A stretch of 64,000 nt of DNA from NCBI GenBank assembly GCA_965198115.1, contig OZ240241.1, positions 2,272,001-2,336,000 on the forward strand. The letters are read 5' to 3'. Positions 53,080-63,721 of this stretch are shown piece after piece. The notes beneath the pieces were generated by a model. That model was not told the DNA's origin, ran no database searches, and saw nothing but the letters and a program-made list of their open reading frames with translations. Both the position numbers and the translations under genes were made by a program. How positions within the stretch are numbered: the stretch's first letter is position 1; the number at the start of each line of letters is the position of its first letter. Origin of the DNA: Candidatus Latescibacterota bacterium. GTDB lineage: Bacteria > Latescibacterota > UBA2968.

Positions 53080-54327
53080 ATGGAGAAGCTATTTGCAGGG
53101 GATGGCGAAGTCAAGGTTGGGTCAGACGTTATGGATTTGGAGACGCGTTTATCGGTGATCCGGGCGCTGATTCCGCTGGGTCTGGAGGCCGTTGCCGACG
53201 TGCTCCAGCAGGAGGTGGAGCAGCTCGCAGGCGTTCGGTATGCGCGTAAGGGTTCAGAGCAGTCGCATCGTCGATGGGGAAGCCAGAAAGGGTCCGTGTA
53301 TCTGATGGACCAGAAGCTGCCGGTGGCCGTTCCCCGTGTGCGCGACGTCGAGTCCGATACGGAGGTTTCTCTGGCCGCATACCGGGGGATGCAGAGGCCC
53401 AGAGCGATGGATGAGAAGCTGCTGCTTCGTGTGCTCAAGGGAATCTCCTGTCGCAACTACAGAGCCTGTGCAGAGTCGGTACCCGAAGCGTTCGGAATTT
53501 CGGCATCCTCCGTCTCGCGACGGTTCATCAAAGCCACCGCAAAGAAGCTGAAGCAGTTCCAGGAACGACCGCTCGACGACTACGACTTGGTCGCCCTGTT
53601 CATCGACGGAAAGAGCTTTGCCGACGAAGAGATCGTGATCGCTCCGGGCGTCACGACGGACGGCCAGAAGATCCCCCTGGGCTTCGTCGAATCGGCGACG
53701 GAGAACGAACGGATCTGCCGTCAGCTGATCCAGGATCTCATCCGGAGAGGCCTGTGCTACGACCAGGGCCTTCTCGTTGTGCTGGACGGCTCAAAGGGAC
53801 TCCGCTGTGCCGTCACCAAAGCCCTCAAAGGGGATGTGTGCGTGCATCGCTGTCAGTGGCACAAGCGCGAGAACGTCGTCAGCTACCTCCCGGAGGCAGA
53901 ACGTCCAAGAGTTCGACGGAAACTTCAGAAAGCCTATGACTGCGACACCTACGAGGAGGCAAAGGCCGCACTCGAATCACTCAAACCCGAACTCAAGCTG
54001 ATGAATCAGTCTGCCGTGGCAAGCCTCGAGGAAGGACTGGAGGAAACCCTGACCCTCCACCGGCTGGGGATGCTCCCGTTCTTGAAGCGAAGCTTCCGAA
54101 CCACCAATTGCATCGAGGCGCTCAACAGCATGACCGGCAACCTGATACGGAAGGTCAACCGCTGGAACAACTCTCCTCAGCGACACAGATGGGTCGCGGC
54201 CGCACTCCTCGACATCGAACCACGCCTGCGACGCGTGAGCGGATACAAACACCTCCCGCTGCTCAGGCAAGCACTGAAAAACAACCTGAATCTCGGCGAC
54301 AATCAAGATGCTCGGCAGAGAGCATGA
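53080..54327 (+). CDS. IS256-family (Mutator-like) transposase
   Basis: Motifs LFIDG, LDGSKGL, HRCQWHK and RTTNCIE. Confidence 0.92.
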   Translation: MEKLFAGDGEVKVGSDVMDLETRLSVIRALIPLGLEAVADVLQQEVEQLAGVRYARKGSEQSHRRWGSQKGSVYLMDQKLPVAVPRVRDVESDTEVSLAAYRGMQRPRAMDEKLLLRVLKGISCRNYRACAESVPEAFGISASSVSRRFIKATAKKLKQFQERPLDDYDLVALFIDGKSFADEEIVIAPGVTTDGQKIPLGFVESATENERICRQLIQDLIRRGLCYDQGLLVVLDGSKGLRCAVTKALKGDVCVHRCQWHKRENVVSYLPEAERPRVRRKLQKAYDCDTYEEAKAALESLKPELKLMNQSAVASLEEGLEETLTLHRLGMLPFLKRSFRTTNCIEALNSMTGNLIRKVNRWNNSPQRHRWVAAALLDIEPRLRRVSGYKHLPLLRQALKNNLNLGDNQDARQRA

Positions 54328-54402
54328 ATACCACGGAGCCCGATGAGTTTCAACTGACTATGGGACTTGACCTGCCGTGTTCTACCCTGGTGATTCACCA
54401 CA

Positions 54403-55149
54403 ATGAGCACTTCCGAAATCATCACAGCCCTTAAGACCGACGGCGTCGTCCTCGTCGAAGACGTGATGTCCGACGAGCAATGCCGCCAACTGCTGGATGG
54501 CATCGAATGGGGCTTCCAGAACCGCGAAGGGCCTCTCCCGCTGCAACGTCAGCGAACCTACGAGTGGTTCCGCGAGCACCCGATTTTCATCGACCTGCTC
54601 GAGCATCCCCTCGTCATCACCGTCGCCGACGCCTGCCTTGGATCGGACTATCACCTCATTTGTGCCGAAACCACACGCAACGAGAAAGACAATCACTTCC
54701 TCGAGGGCGTGAAAAACATTCATCAGGATGATTGCTTCTTTCCCGAGGACCCGGACCTGTTGGAGGACATGCACACACGGATGTATGGCTTCACCGCGCA
54801 ATGGGTCGCGCACGACATTCCGGCAGAGATGGGCCCAACCGAGTTCATCGTCGGGTCTCACGAAGGAGACCGCCGCTACACCAACGACGAAGCACCACTT
54901 GCCATTTCGTTCGGGGATCACTTCCCAAAAGGCAGTCTCGTTTTCTATGATCATAGAACGTGGCATCGCGGAACCGACAACCACGTAACGACTCAACGCG
55001 ACCTCATGCAGAACTGCTACGCGTTGCACTCCGTCGACAAAGTCCAGATTCGCACACCTCTCGAAGATGGCACCGAGGTCTACGTTCCGTGTACCGACCT
55101 GATCGAATCAGGCAGCGAGCTCGTTCGAAAACTGTTGTCCCCGCTGTGA
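54403..55149 (+). CDS. PhyH-family dioxygenase
   Basis: Motifs LKTDGVV, IHQD, GPTEFIVGSH, TWHRG and R. Confidence 0.9.
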   Translation: MSTSEIITALKTDGVVLVEDVMSDEQCRQLLDGIEWGFQNREGPLPLQRQRTYEWFREHPIFIDLLEHPLVITVADACLGSDYHLICAETTRNEKDNHFLEGVKNIHQDDCFFPEDPDLLEDMHTRMYGFTAQWVAHDIPAEMGPTEFIVGSHEGDRRYTNDEAPLAISFGDHFPKGSLVFYDHRTWHRGTDNHVTTQRDLMQNCYALHSVDKVQIRTPLEDGTEVYVPCTDLIESGSELVRKLLSPL

Positions 55150-55621
55150 TTCACGCCCTCCTGTCTTTGATCATGCGTAGCACCATCGGCCTCATCCTCC
55201 CTCTCGACAGCGGGATGTCTGGCCCCGGATCCCGGCTTCCGGGTGGAAGAGTCCGCCTCCAGCTCAACCCTATCAAAGGAAAACAGTCTGGCACCAGACC
55301 GCCTCGACCGAAGGCCCGGAGTGGCTGCAGGAGATCACCCGCTACTTCGAACTCGCCCCGACCACGGTCGACAGCGTGAAGCTACGTGAATACACGAATA
55401 GAGCGCGAACCTTGCACGCCGATCACATCCCCATTATCGTGGCGGGCACCACTTACCGGGTCTGGGGCGCCCACGTCAGCCTCGGAAACGTCCAAGACGT
55501 CAGCACCGACGCGGATACACGGCGCGGTTGGAGTCGCCCTATCTTTCACGAACAAATTTTTATCCGTCAGTAGTGGACTTCGCCCCTTTGACCCGGGGCA
55601 CAGGATTGAAAGGTCAATGCG

Positions 55622-56420
55622 ATGACACTGGATGATCTGAAGCATCGTGTCAAAGAGGATGGCTGGTGCGTGATCGAATCTGTCATCCCACCCGATGACG
55701 TCGCGCAGGTGAGAGACAGCGTTCTTCACACCTCGGCCGCACACAAGCTGCCTGATCCACGCAGCTCTCTGGACAAAGTGTCCGGTCTGATCAACGTCGA
55801 TCAATCCTTCGCTCCATATCTCGCCGAGCCGCGTCTGCTGGGTCTGTGCAAGGCCCTTCTCGGAGAACACGTCCGTGTCTCCTACACCACCTGTATGGTG
55901 ACGCACCCCGGTAATGAACGTGGTCAGTGGCACGCCGACTGGCCGTTTAATCAGCAAAGCGCAGGGCACATTCCGGCGCCTTACGGGGATGCCATCGTGC
56001 ACGTGACGACAATCTGGATGCTGACTCCCTTTACAGGGGGAAACCGGAACCCTCATCGTCCCTCGATCGCATCGCGAGTCCAACAATCCGACCGGCGACA
56101 ACGGCGTTCCGCTGCACGAACCGCATCCCGACGAGGTATCGGCAGCCGGCGAGCCAGGGTCCGTCCTCGTGATGGACAGCCGTCTCTGGCACGCCATCAC
56201 ACCCAACCGCTCCGACGCTCCGCGTGTCGCGATGCCCATCCGCTACGCCCCGTGGTGGTTGAATCTCGAATCTCTGCGACCGGGCTCCGACGAACGCGAC
56301 CGCCTGACTGCGGGAGGACAGGGCGAAAACACCGTCCCTCCCGTCCCGTCAGACGTATTCGAGGATTTACCTGAGAGCGTCAAACCCCTGTTTCGTCATT
56401 GGGTCGACTACGCTGGGTGA
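55622..56420 (+). pseudogene. PhyH-family dioxygenase, frameshifted
   Basis: Motifs EDGWC and WHAD. After about 56040, GTLIVPRSH..DSRLWH..RYAPWWL is in another frame. Paralog of 22598. Confidence 0.87.
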
Positions 56421-56446
56421 CGCACGAGTATCTGGGAGAATCGACG

Positions 56447-56866
56447 ATGGACACTTCCATACGACGGGCGGAATCCCGTGACCTGGATTTCGTCAGTCAG
56501 GACAACTACACGACGAGGGCTGTGATTCGGCGGAAGATCGATTGGAACGAAGTGTTCGTCGCTGAGAAGGACGACACCTTGGTTGGATATCTTCGACTCG
56601 AATACCTCTGGTCCAGCGAGCCCTACGTGTCTCTGATCAGGGTGCTCGAACCCCATCGCAGAAAGGGTGTCGGACGCGCCCTCCTGAAGTTTCTTGAAGA
56701 CGCGCTCAGAGAAGAGGGTCATACCGTGCTTTACAGCTCGTCACAAGCAAACGAGAAAGAACCTCAGGCCTGGCATCGACACGTAGGATTCATCGAGTGT
56801 GGGATTCTCAACGGTGTGAACGACGGGATAGGCGAGATCTTTTTCCGAAAACCACTCAACCAGTGA
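56447..56866 (+). CDS. GNAT acetyltransferase
   Basis: Motifs HRRKGVGRAL and WHRHVGF. Confidence 0.88.
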   Translation: MDTSIRRAESRDLDFVSQDNYTTRAVIRRKIDWNEVFVAEKDDTLVGYLRLEYLWSSEPYVSLIRVLEPHRRKGVGRALLKFLEDALREEGHTVLYSSSQANEKEPQAWHRHVGFIECGILNGVNDGIGEIFFRKPLNQ

Positions 56867-56874
56867 CCGTCAAG

Positions 56875-57396
56875 ATGCGACTTATTCCGGAATCCCTCAC
56901 CACCGATCGTCTTACGATGGCACGAATCTGTCCTGATGACGAGGACCTACTCTACGGTATCCACACGGATGAGCGCGTTATGGCCACGCTGGGAGGCTCA
57001 AAATCAAGGCAACAGAACAGAGACTGGGTGCAGGAGAAGGTGCAGCACTGGGAGGACAACGGCTATGGTCTCTACGTCTTCTTCGACAGCAGCGATAACT
57101 TCATCGGGCGCGGCGGCTTGCTCCTCGCGGAAATCGAAGGTAAAGAGGAAGTGGAGATCAACTACTCGGTCGGGTCAGACCATTGGGGCCAGGGCTACGC
57201 GACCGAAGCCGCAACCCGGTTCGTCGAACTCGGATTTGCTCACCTTCCGGTTGAATCCATCATCGCGTTCACCCTCACGACCAACGCGGGCTCCAGGCGC
57301 GTCATGGAGAAGATCGGTCTAAAGTACTCTCACGACTTCGATCACCACGGCAATCCCCACGTTCTGTACCGCACTCATAGGATCGACGAGCGGTGA
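56875..57396 (+). CDS. GNAT acetyltransferase (RimJ/RimL type)
   Basis: Motifs WGQGYATEAA and NAGSRRVMEKIG. Confidence 0.9.
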   Translation: MRLIPESLTTDRLTMARICPDDEDLLYGIHTDERVMATLGGSKSRQQNRDWVQEKVQHWEDNGYGLYVFFDSSDNFIGRGGLLLAEIEGKEEVEINYSVGSDHWGQGYATEAATRFVELGFAHLPVESIIAFTLTTNAGSRRVMEKIGLKYSHDFDHHGNPHVLYRTHRIDER

Positions 57397-57495
57397 ATTC
57401 CCGCCTTTCCTCATAGTGGCCAAGACCGTTCATTTGTCTACACAATCGAGCTCTACTCGGCCCCGAATAGGATGTGGTACCCGGGGTGCTCGACC

Positions 57496-57513
57496 CTCCG
57501 TGTCCTCAGTGGC
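57496..57513 (+). repeat. 18-bp motif family B, copy 3
   Basis: CTCCGTGTCCTCAGTGGC. Confidence 0.55.
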
Positions 57514-57531
57514 AAGTTTTTGGGGGTAACA

Positions 57532-58395
57532 ATGCTGACCCAAGACCAGGTCGACTTCTACATCGAGAATGGCTACTTAGCCGTAGACAACATCCTGACG
57601 GCCGACGAGCTGGAGGCACTACGTCAGGTCACGGATAGTTACGTCGAGCAATCGCGAACGATTACCGAGAGCGACGACGTCTTCGACCTCGAACCCGGCC
57701 ACTCCGCCGAGCTCCCGAAGCTTCGCCGTATCAAGGGGCCTGCCGCACATCACGAGCTGTATGCAAGCACGATGCGCCACGCGCGTGCGCTCGACATCAT
57801 CGCCCAGCTGATCGGGCCGAACATCCGGGCGATCAGTCACAAATTGAACATGAAGTCGAGCGCATTCGGCAGTCCTGTCGAGTGGCATCAGGACTGGGCT
57901 TTCTTCCCCCACACCAACAACAACGTCCTCGCCATCGGCATCTGTCTGGACGACATGACCGAAGCCAACGGCTGCCTGATGGTCATGCCCGGATCCCACA
58001 AGGGCCGCGTCCTCAACCACCACCAGGAAGCCTACTTCGTCGGCGCCGTCACCGAACCCGACTTCGACGACTCGGCCGCCGCGAAGCTCGAGATACCGGC
58101 GGGCGGCATGTCCATCCACCACGCCCGCGCTCTGCACGGGTCCCTTCCCAATACGTCCTCGCAATCCCGTCGGCTTCTGCTTTTCACCTACGCCGCAGCT
58201 GACGCCTGGCCCATCCAAGGCACGACCTGGGAGGCCTATGAAAAGACCCTCGTGCGTGGGCAGTTGACGAACGAACCTCGTGTCGAGGAAGTCCCCGTCC
58301 GTCTCCCGCTACCGCAGCCTCCAAGACTTGGCTCCATCTACGAAACCCAGACCTTGCTCCATCGGTCCACCTTCAAACAGACAGCAGCGAGCTGA
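57532..58395 (+). CDS. PhyH-family dioxygenase
   Basis: Motifs YIENGY, WHQD, NGCLMVMPGSH, ALHGS and RR. Confidence 0.93.
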   Translation: MLTQDQVDFYIENGYLAVDNILTADELEALRQVTDSYVEQSRTITESDDVFDLEPGHSAELPKLRRIKGPAAHHELYASTMRHARALDIIAQLIGPNIRAISHKLNMKSSAFGSPVEWHQDWAFFPHTNNNVLAIGICLDDMTEANGCLMVMPGSHKGRVLNHHQEAYFVGAVTEPDFDDSAAAKLEIPAGGMSIHHARALHGSLPNTSSQSRRLLLFTYAAADAWPIQGTTWEAYEKTLVRGQLTNEPRVEEVPVRLPLPQPPRLGSIYETQTLLHRSTFKQTAAS

Positions 58396-58432
58396 ATCTC
58401 TCCATTCCGCTCAGTACTTTAGGCAGGGTCGT

Positions 58433-58966
58433 TTGATCGAGGTGCGAAAATCGAACATCGAGGGCGTCGGTGTCTTCGCCACGCGATCGATCTCGGAAGG
58501 CGAAGTCATCCATCGCATCGATGATTCGCGAGTCGTCGACGAAGCACACCCCATCAGACCCGATCTCGAAGAGGACGAAAAGCACTGCGACTATTTGCCC
58601 AACGGGATGGTCGTCTTGATGCAGAGCCCCGCGGGCAGGTTCAATCACTCGTGCAGCCCGAACATCTATCACTACTCCGTCAACAGGCAGAGGTTCATCC
58701 TCGCGATGCGGGATATCGACGAAGGCGAGGAGCTTCACAACGACTACTCGATCGACGCGATCGGGGGCGCCGTCTGGACCTGTCGATGCGGAGCAGCGAA
58801 CTGTCGTGGAACACACCAGTGCGACTTCTTCGCACTTTCCGAAGAGCGCCAGCTTCAGTATCTACCCTACCTTGACCCCTGGTTCGTGGAAGTTCACGAA
58901 GATCGAATTTGTAACCTGCTCAAAAAAAATTGGCTCTATCCGGGTTTCTCAACGGTGAAACTATAG
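58433..58966 (+). CDS. SET-domain protein-lysine methyltransferase with post-SET; ISL3 inserted at its stop codon
   Basis: Motifs GVGVFA, FNHSCSPN, GEELHNDY and CRCGAANCRG. The pre-insertion end is reconstructed as LLKK-TAG. Confidence 0.88.
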   Translation: MIEVRKSNIEGVGVFATRSISEGEVIHRIDDSRVVDEAHPIRPDLEEDEKHCDYLPNGMVVLMQSPAGRFNHSCSPNIYHYSVNRQRFILAMRDIDEGEELHNDYSIDAIGGAVWTCRCGAANCRGTHQCDFFALSEERQLQYLPYLDPWFVEVHEDRICNLLKKNWLYPGFSTVKL

Positions 58967-60351
58967 AATGACAAGGTCATAGATCGTTCCCTACGCTTGG
59001 TTGTGTGTGTAGGACAATCAAAGCGAAGGGGGTGCGACCTATGACCGGGAGCAGATTACTATCGAAACTGCTGAGATTCAAGGGGTTCCGTGTTGTCAGC
59101 TGGTGGTTTGAGGGGAGAAGCTGTTTCGTCATCGCCGTAAAGCCCCATAAGAATGGTTGTTGTTGTCCGGAGTGCGGCCGTCGAGGTAAAATCGTCCGCA
59201 CAATGCCCCATCCGCGTCGGTGGCGTGACATTCCGGTGTGCGGGTGGAGGGTCTGGCTTCTCTACCATCCTCGGGAGATTCGGTGTCCTACCCACGGTCG
59301 TGTGGTCGAGGAGATTCCGTGGGCGGAGCGGTTCTCTCGGGTGACGTATCGCTTCGAGTATGCCATGCTGCGCTACTGCCAGACCATGACGCAGAAGGCG
59401 GCGTCCGAGTTGCTGCGCATCTCTGCCTCGACGCTGTCGGATCTCCTTCACCGATCCATCACGCGGCTTCGTGAAGGTCATCGTATCCGAGGGCTCAAAA
59501 CCATCGGGATCGACGAGATCTCCTACGCCAAGCGTCACAGGTACGCCACGCTCGTTTACGATCTGGACCGCTCCTGCGTGGTGTGGGTTGGCCTCGGCAG
59601 GGCGCGTAAAACGATCGATCGGTTTTTCACAGAGGCTCTCAGTCCCTACCGGAGATCCAAGATCGAGTGGGCCTGCTGCGACATGAGCGAAGCTTACATC
59701 GGAGCCATCCAGGAACACTGTCCGAATGCCAAGCTGGTCCTCGATCGCTTTCACATCGTCAAGGCTCTCAATGCCGCCGTTGACGAGGTCCGTAAGGACC
59801 AGTGGCGTAAAGCTGCCCCGGATGAGCGCAAAGCCATGAAGGGCCTCCGATGGCTCCTCTACCGGCACTCAGCGACACGCTCCAGAGGGGATACTCGGAC
59901 ACTCAAAGCACTGGAGAAGGCGAACTACCGAATCTATAGAGCCTGGAGACTCAAGGACGAGTTCGAGCAGTTCTGGGAATACAAAGCGCCCTGGGCTGCC
60001 GAACGCTTCCTGAAATGCTGGACGACGTCCGCACTCAGAAGTCGACTTGAACCCCTGCGAAAGTTCGTCAGGACCCTGCGACAGCACTTCTTCGGCGTCC
60101 TCGCATTCGTGAACACGCGTCTTACCAACGCCATCGCCGAAGGCCTCAACCGAATCGTCCAAATCGTCAAGAACCGAGCCAGCGGATTCCGCACACTCGA
60201 CGCATTCAACGATATGATCTTCCTTACCGTCGGAGACATAAACATCCCTGAGCAGATTCCGAAGAGGTTCCGCACACGCTAACCGCGCCCCCATGCCAGG
60301 AACCACGGCACCTTCACCCACTTCATCTCGTTGAGAGATCCGGATATAGCC
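58932..60351 (+). mobile_element. ISL3 copy 3 (1420 bp)
   Basis: Near-identical to copy 1, in the opposite orientation. Imperfect flank duplication CAAAAAAAATT / CAAAAAAT. Confidence 0.95.
59005..60282 (+). CDS. ISL3-family transposase
   Basis: 425 aa. One amino acid difference from copy 1 was seen (VGRG vs VGLG). Confidence 0.95.
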   Translation: MCRTIKAKGVRPMTGSRLLSKLLRFKGFRVVSWWFEGRSCFVIAVKPHKNGCCCPECGRRGKIVRTMPHPRRWRDIPVCGWRVWLLYHPREIRCPTHGRVVEEIPWAERFSRVTYRFEYAMLRYCQTMTQKAASELLRISASTLSDLLHRSITRLREGHRIRGLKTIGIDEISYAKRHRYATLVYDLDRSCVVWVGLGRARKTIDRFFTEALSPYRRSKIEWACCDMSEAYIGAIQEHCPNAKLVLDRFHIVKALNAAVDEVRKDQWRKAAPDERKAMKGLRWLLYRHSATRSRGDTRTLKALEKANYRIYRAWRLKDEFEQFWEYKAPWAAERFLKCWTTSALRSRLEPLRKFVRTLRQHFFGVLAFVNTRLTNAIAEGLNRIVQIVKNRASGFRTLDAFNDMIFLTVGDINIPEQIPKRFRTR

Positions 60352-60386
60352 CAAAAAATAGCACTGCGACCAAAACGGATTGAAAG

Positions 60387-61503
<1,117 letters not shown>

Positions 61504-61507
<4 letters not shown>

Positions 61508-62418
61508 CAAGCTTGTTCTCGATCGCTCCTCTTTTCCGCCATCTCAGTGTCCTCAGTGGCGCAGTTTGCCTGTCCGTCGCAGTTGTGGTCACATCGTGTG
61601 ACCGTTCCGAACCCGCCTCTCAGATCGTCTTCGTCAGTAATCGCGACGGTAACCTCGATCTTTTCCTGATGAACCCCGACGGCACAGAACAACGCAACCT
61701 AACCCATACACCCTACGAGGAAGACGTCGCTGTTCTGTCGAAAGACGGCATACGTATCGCCTACGCCGATCGTCGCTACGGGAAAGTTGCCGAGCTTCAC
61801 GTGATGAACGTCGATGGTAAGAACTCGCGAAGACTGACCGATAACCCAACAGCCGACACACGGCCTCACTGGTCTCCAGATGATGCACGGCTCATCTTTG
61901 CGACCGACCGAGACGGGGATCCCGAGATTTATGTGATGGACCACGATGGGGACAATCAACAAAACCTGACACGCCATCCGACTTACGAAGCGCACTCCGA
62001 CTGGTCCGTCGACGATCGCATCGCTGTCGTGTCCGATCGCGAAGGCAACCCCGAGATCTACGTGATGAATCTCGATGGATCCGGATTACGGAACCTGACC
62101 AACGACGCGAGTCACGACGACGACCCCGCCTGGTCGCCTGACGGAGCCCGCATCGCCTTTTCCACCGATCGCGACGGGAACCAGGAGATCTACTCGATGC
62201 AAGCAGACGGTGCCGATTTGAAACGACTCACGCAGTCACCGGGCAACGACCGCCATCCAACCTGGTCGCCCGACGGCTCGCGAATCGCCTTCGCCACTGA
62301 CCGGGACGGCAACTTCGAGATTTACGTAATGAACGCCGACGGATCGGGCCAGACCAACATCACCAATCACCCAAAAAATGACCGCGCCCCTCACTGGTCT
62401 GTAAAGCCTGCGCTTTAG
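61504..62418 (+). CDS. TolB-like PD40-repeat beta-propeller protein
   Basis: Repeated P.WSPDG.RIAF..DRDGN.EIY.M. A hydrophobic N-terminus ends in TSC. The start is uncertain. Confidence 0.88.
61543..61560 (+). repeat. 18-bp motif family B, copy 4
   Basis: CTCAGTGTCCTCAGTGGC. Confidence 0.55.
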
Positions 62419-62486
62419 AACCGGCTTTCTTGCTCTCTTTCGTACATCGGAAATCTGCAATCGGATCTCGGATATCGCACTCATAG

Positions 62487-63398
62487 ATGGCCCATCAACA
62501 GATCTGCGTCATCGACGCCCCCTCCAACCTCGGTTTGCGCCCACCGGCAGAAGGCGTGCTACCCGGATGCTACAAATCGCCCTGGGCCCTGCGGGGCAGG
62601 AATCTGATAGACCAAATCTCAGCGACCGACGGTGGCAGTCTCGTCCCTCCAAGCTACTGTCCGGACTGGGAACCAGGGACGGGCGATCGCAACGCGGAAG
62701 CCATCGCGACTTTTTCAATCGACCTCGCGAACCGTCTCGAAGGAGTCATCGAGCGTGATCAGCCTGCCCTCGTCCTGGGCGGTGATTGCAGCATCCTGAT
62801 CGGAAACACGCTGGCTCTCAAGCGGCGCGGCCGCTACGGATTGGTCTTTCTCGACGCACACAGCGATTTCCGCCACCCCGAAAACGCGCCCCCCATCGGG
62901 GCGGCCGCCGGCGAGGACCTCGCGATCATCACAGGACGTGGCGATTCACGTCTCACCGACCTCGAAGGTTTGGGACCTTATGTGCAGGAAGATGACATCC
63001 ACGTGGCCGGGGTGCGAGAGGAGGACGAGCATCTATCAGAGATGGAGGCAATCGGAATAGCCGTGACCACAAATCGTGATATGGAGGAGACGACAGCATC
63101 AGACGTCGCCTCTCGGATTCTGCAAACGGTCGGGAAGGAAACCTCGGGATTCTGGATCCACTTTGACGTCGACGTCGTCGACGCCTCAGAGATGCCTGCC
63201 GTAGACTGCCCTGAGGAAGACGGGCCTTCCTTCCCCACGATCACCGCGTTGCTTGCAAAACTGCTTTCATCCCCCCATTGTCTTGGCCTTGAAGTCACGA
63301 TCTACGATCCCGATCTTGATCCATCCGGTAAAGGCGCAGACCGAATCGTCCAGTGCCTCACCACTGCCTATCGCAAAAGGCCAATCCCGAACGTCTGA
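62487..63398 (+). CDS. arginase/ureohydrolase family protein
   Basis: Motifs GGDCS, DAHSD, HFDVD and IYDPDLD. Confidence 0.92.
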   Translation: MAHQQICVIDAPSNLGLRPPAEGVLPGCYKSPWALRGRNLIDQISATDGGSLVPPSYCPDWEPGTGDRNAEAIATFSIDLANRLEGVIERDQPALVLGGDCSILIGNTLALKRRGRYGLVFLDAHSDFRHPENAPPIGAAAGEDLAIITGRGDSRLTDLEGLGPYVQEDDIHVAGVREEDEHLSEMEAIGIAVTTNRDMEETTASDVASRILQTVGKETSGFWIHFDVDVVDASEMPAVDCPEEDGPSFPTITALLAKLLSSPHCLGLEVTIYDPDLDPSGKGADRIVQCLTTAYRKRPIPNV

Positions 63399-63412
63399 AG
63401 GCGAGGTACGAA

Positions 63413-63649
63413 ATGTTTAGGGCAGGCATCTTCGGTTTTCTGGCGGCGGGTCTCTCTGTCGCGGTCGTGGCATTCGTCGTCGTCCTGTTTCTGGTCAAGC
63501 TTCTCTGGATGTGGACCATCCCCGATCTGTTTCCAGGTGCGGTCCAACAGGGTCTGGTCGCATCTTCGATCTCCTGGTTGACAGCTGGCAAGCTCGCACT
63601 CTTCGTCGCGTTCTTGTCGGGATTCGGCCATTCGCACAGCCGCTCGTGA
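63413..63649 (+). CDS. small membrane protein
   Basis: GAGG SD, two hydrophobic segments and the WTIPDLFPGAV motif. Confidence 0.7.
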   Translation: MFRAGIFGFLAAGLSVAVVAFVVVLFLVKLLWMWTIPDLFPGAVQQGLVASSISWLTAGKLALFVAFLSGFGHSHSRS

Positions 63650-63721
63650 TGGAATCGCGGCTCGGCACGAGTCCAGTTCCTACACGGTAACCATCTGTTC
63701 TCTACTCGAATTGGGATTCTC

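Larger units (their letters stand above)
51427..54372 (+). mobile_element. IS256-family IS carrying a nested IS1182 in its left IR
   Basis: 8-bp TSD TGCCGTGT at 51419-51426 and 54373-54380. The rejoined left end GGTGAGGTCCCTATCCTAGTTGAAACT resembles the inverted right end GGTCAAGTCCCATAGTCAGTTGAAACT. Confidence 0.9.

Noticed and set aside
3416-60351. Composite transposon or inversion bounded by ISL3 copies
   Set aside because: Each copy has its own flanking duplication (imperfect for copy 3), indicating independent insertions.
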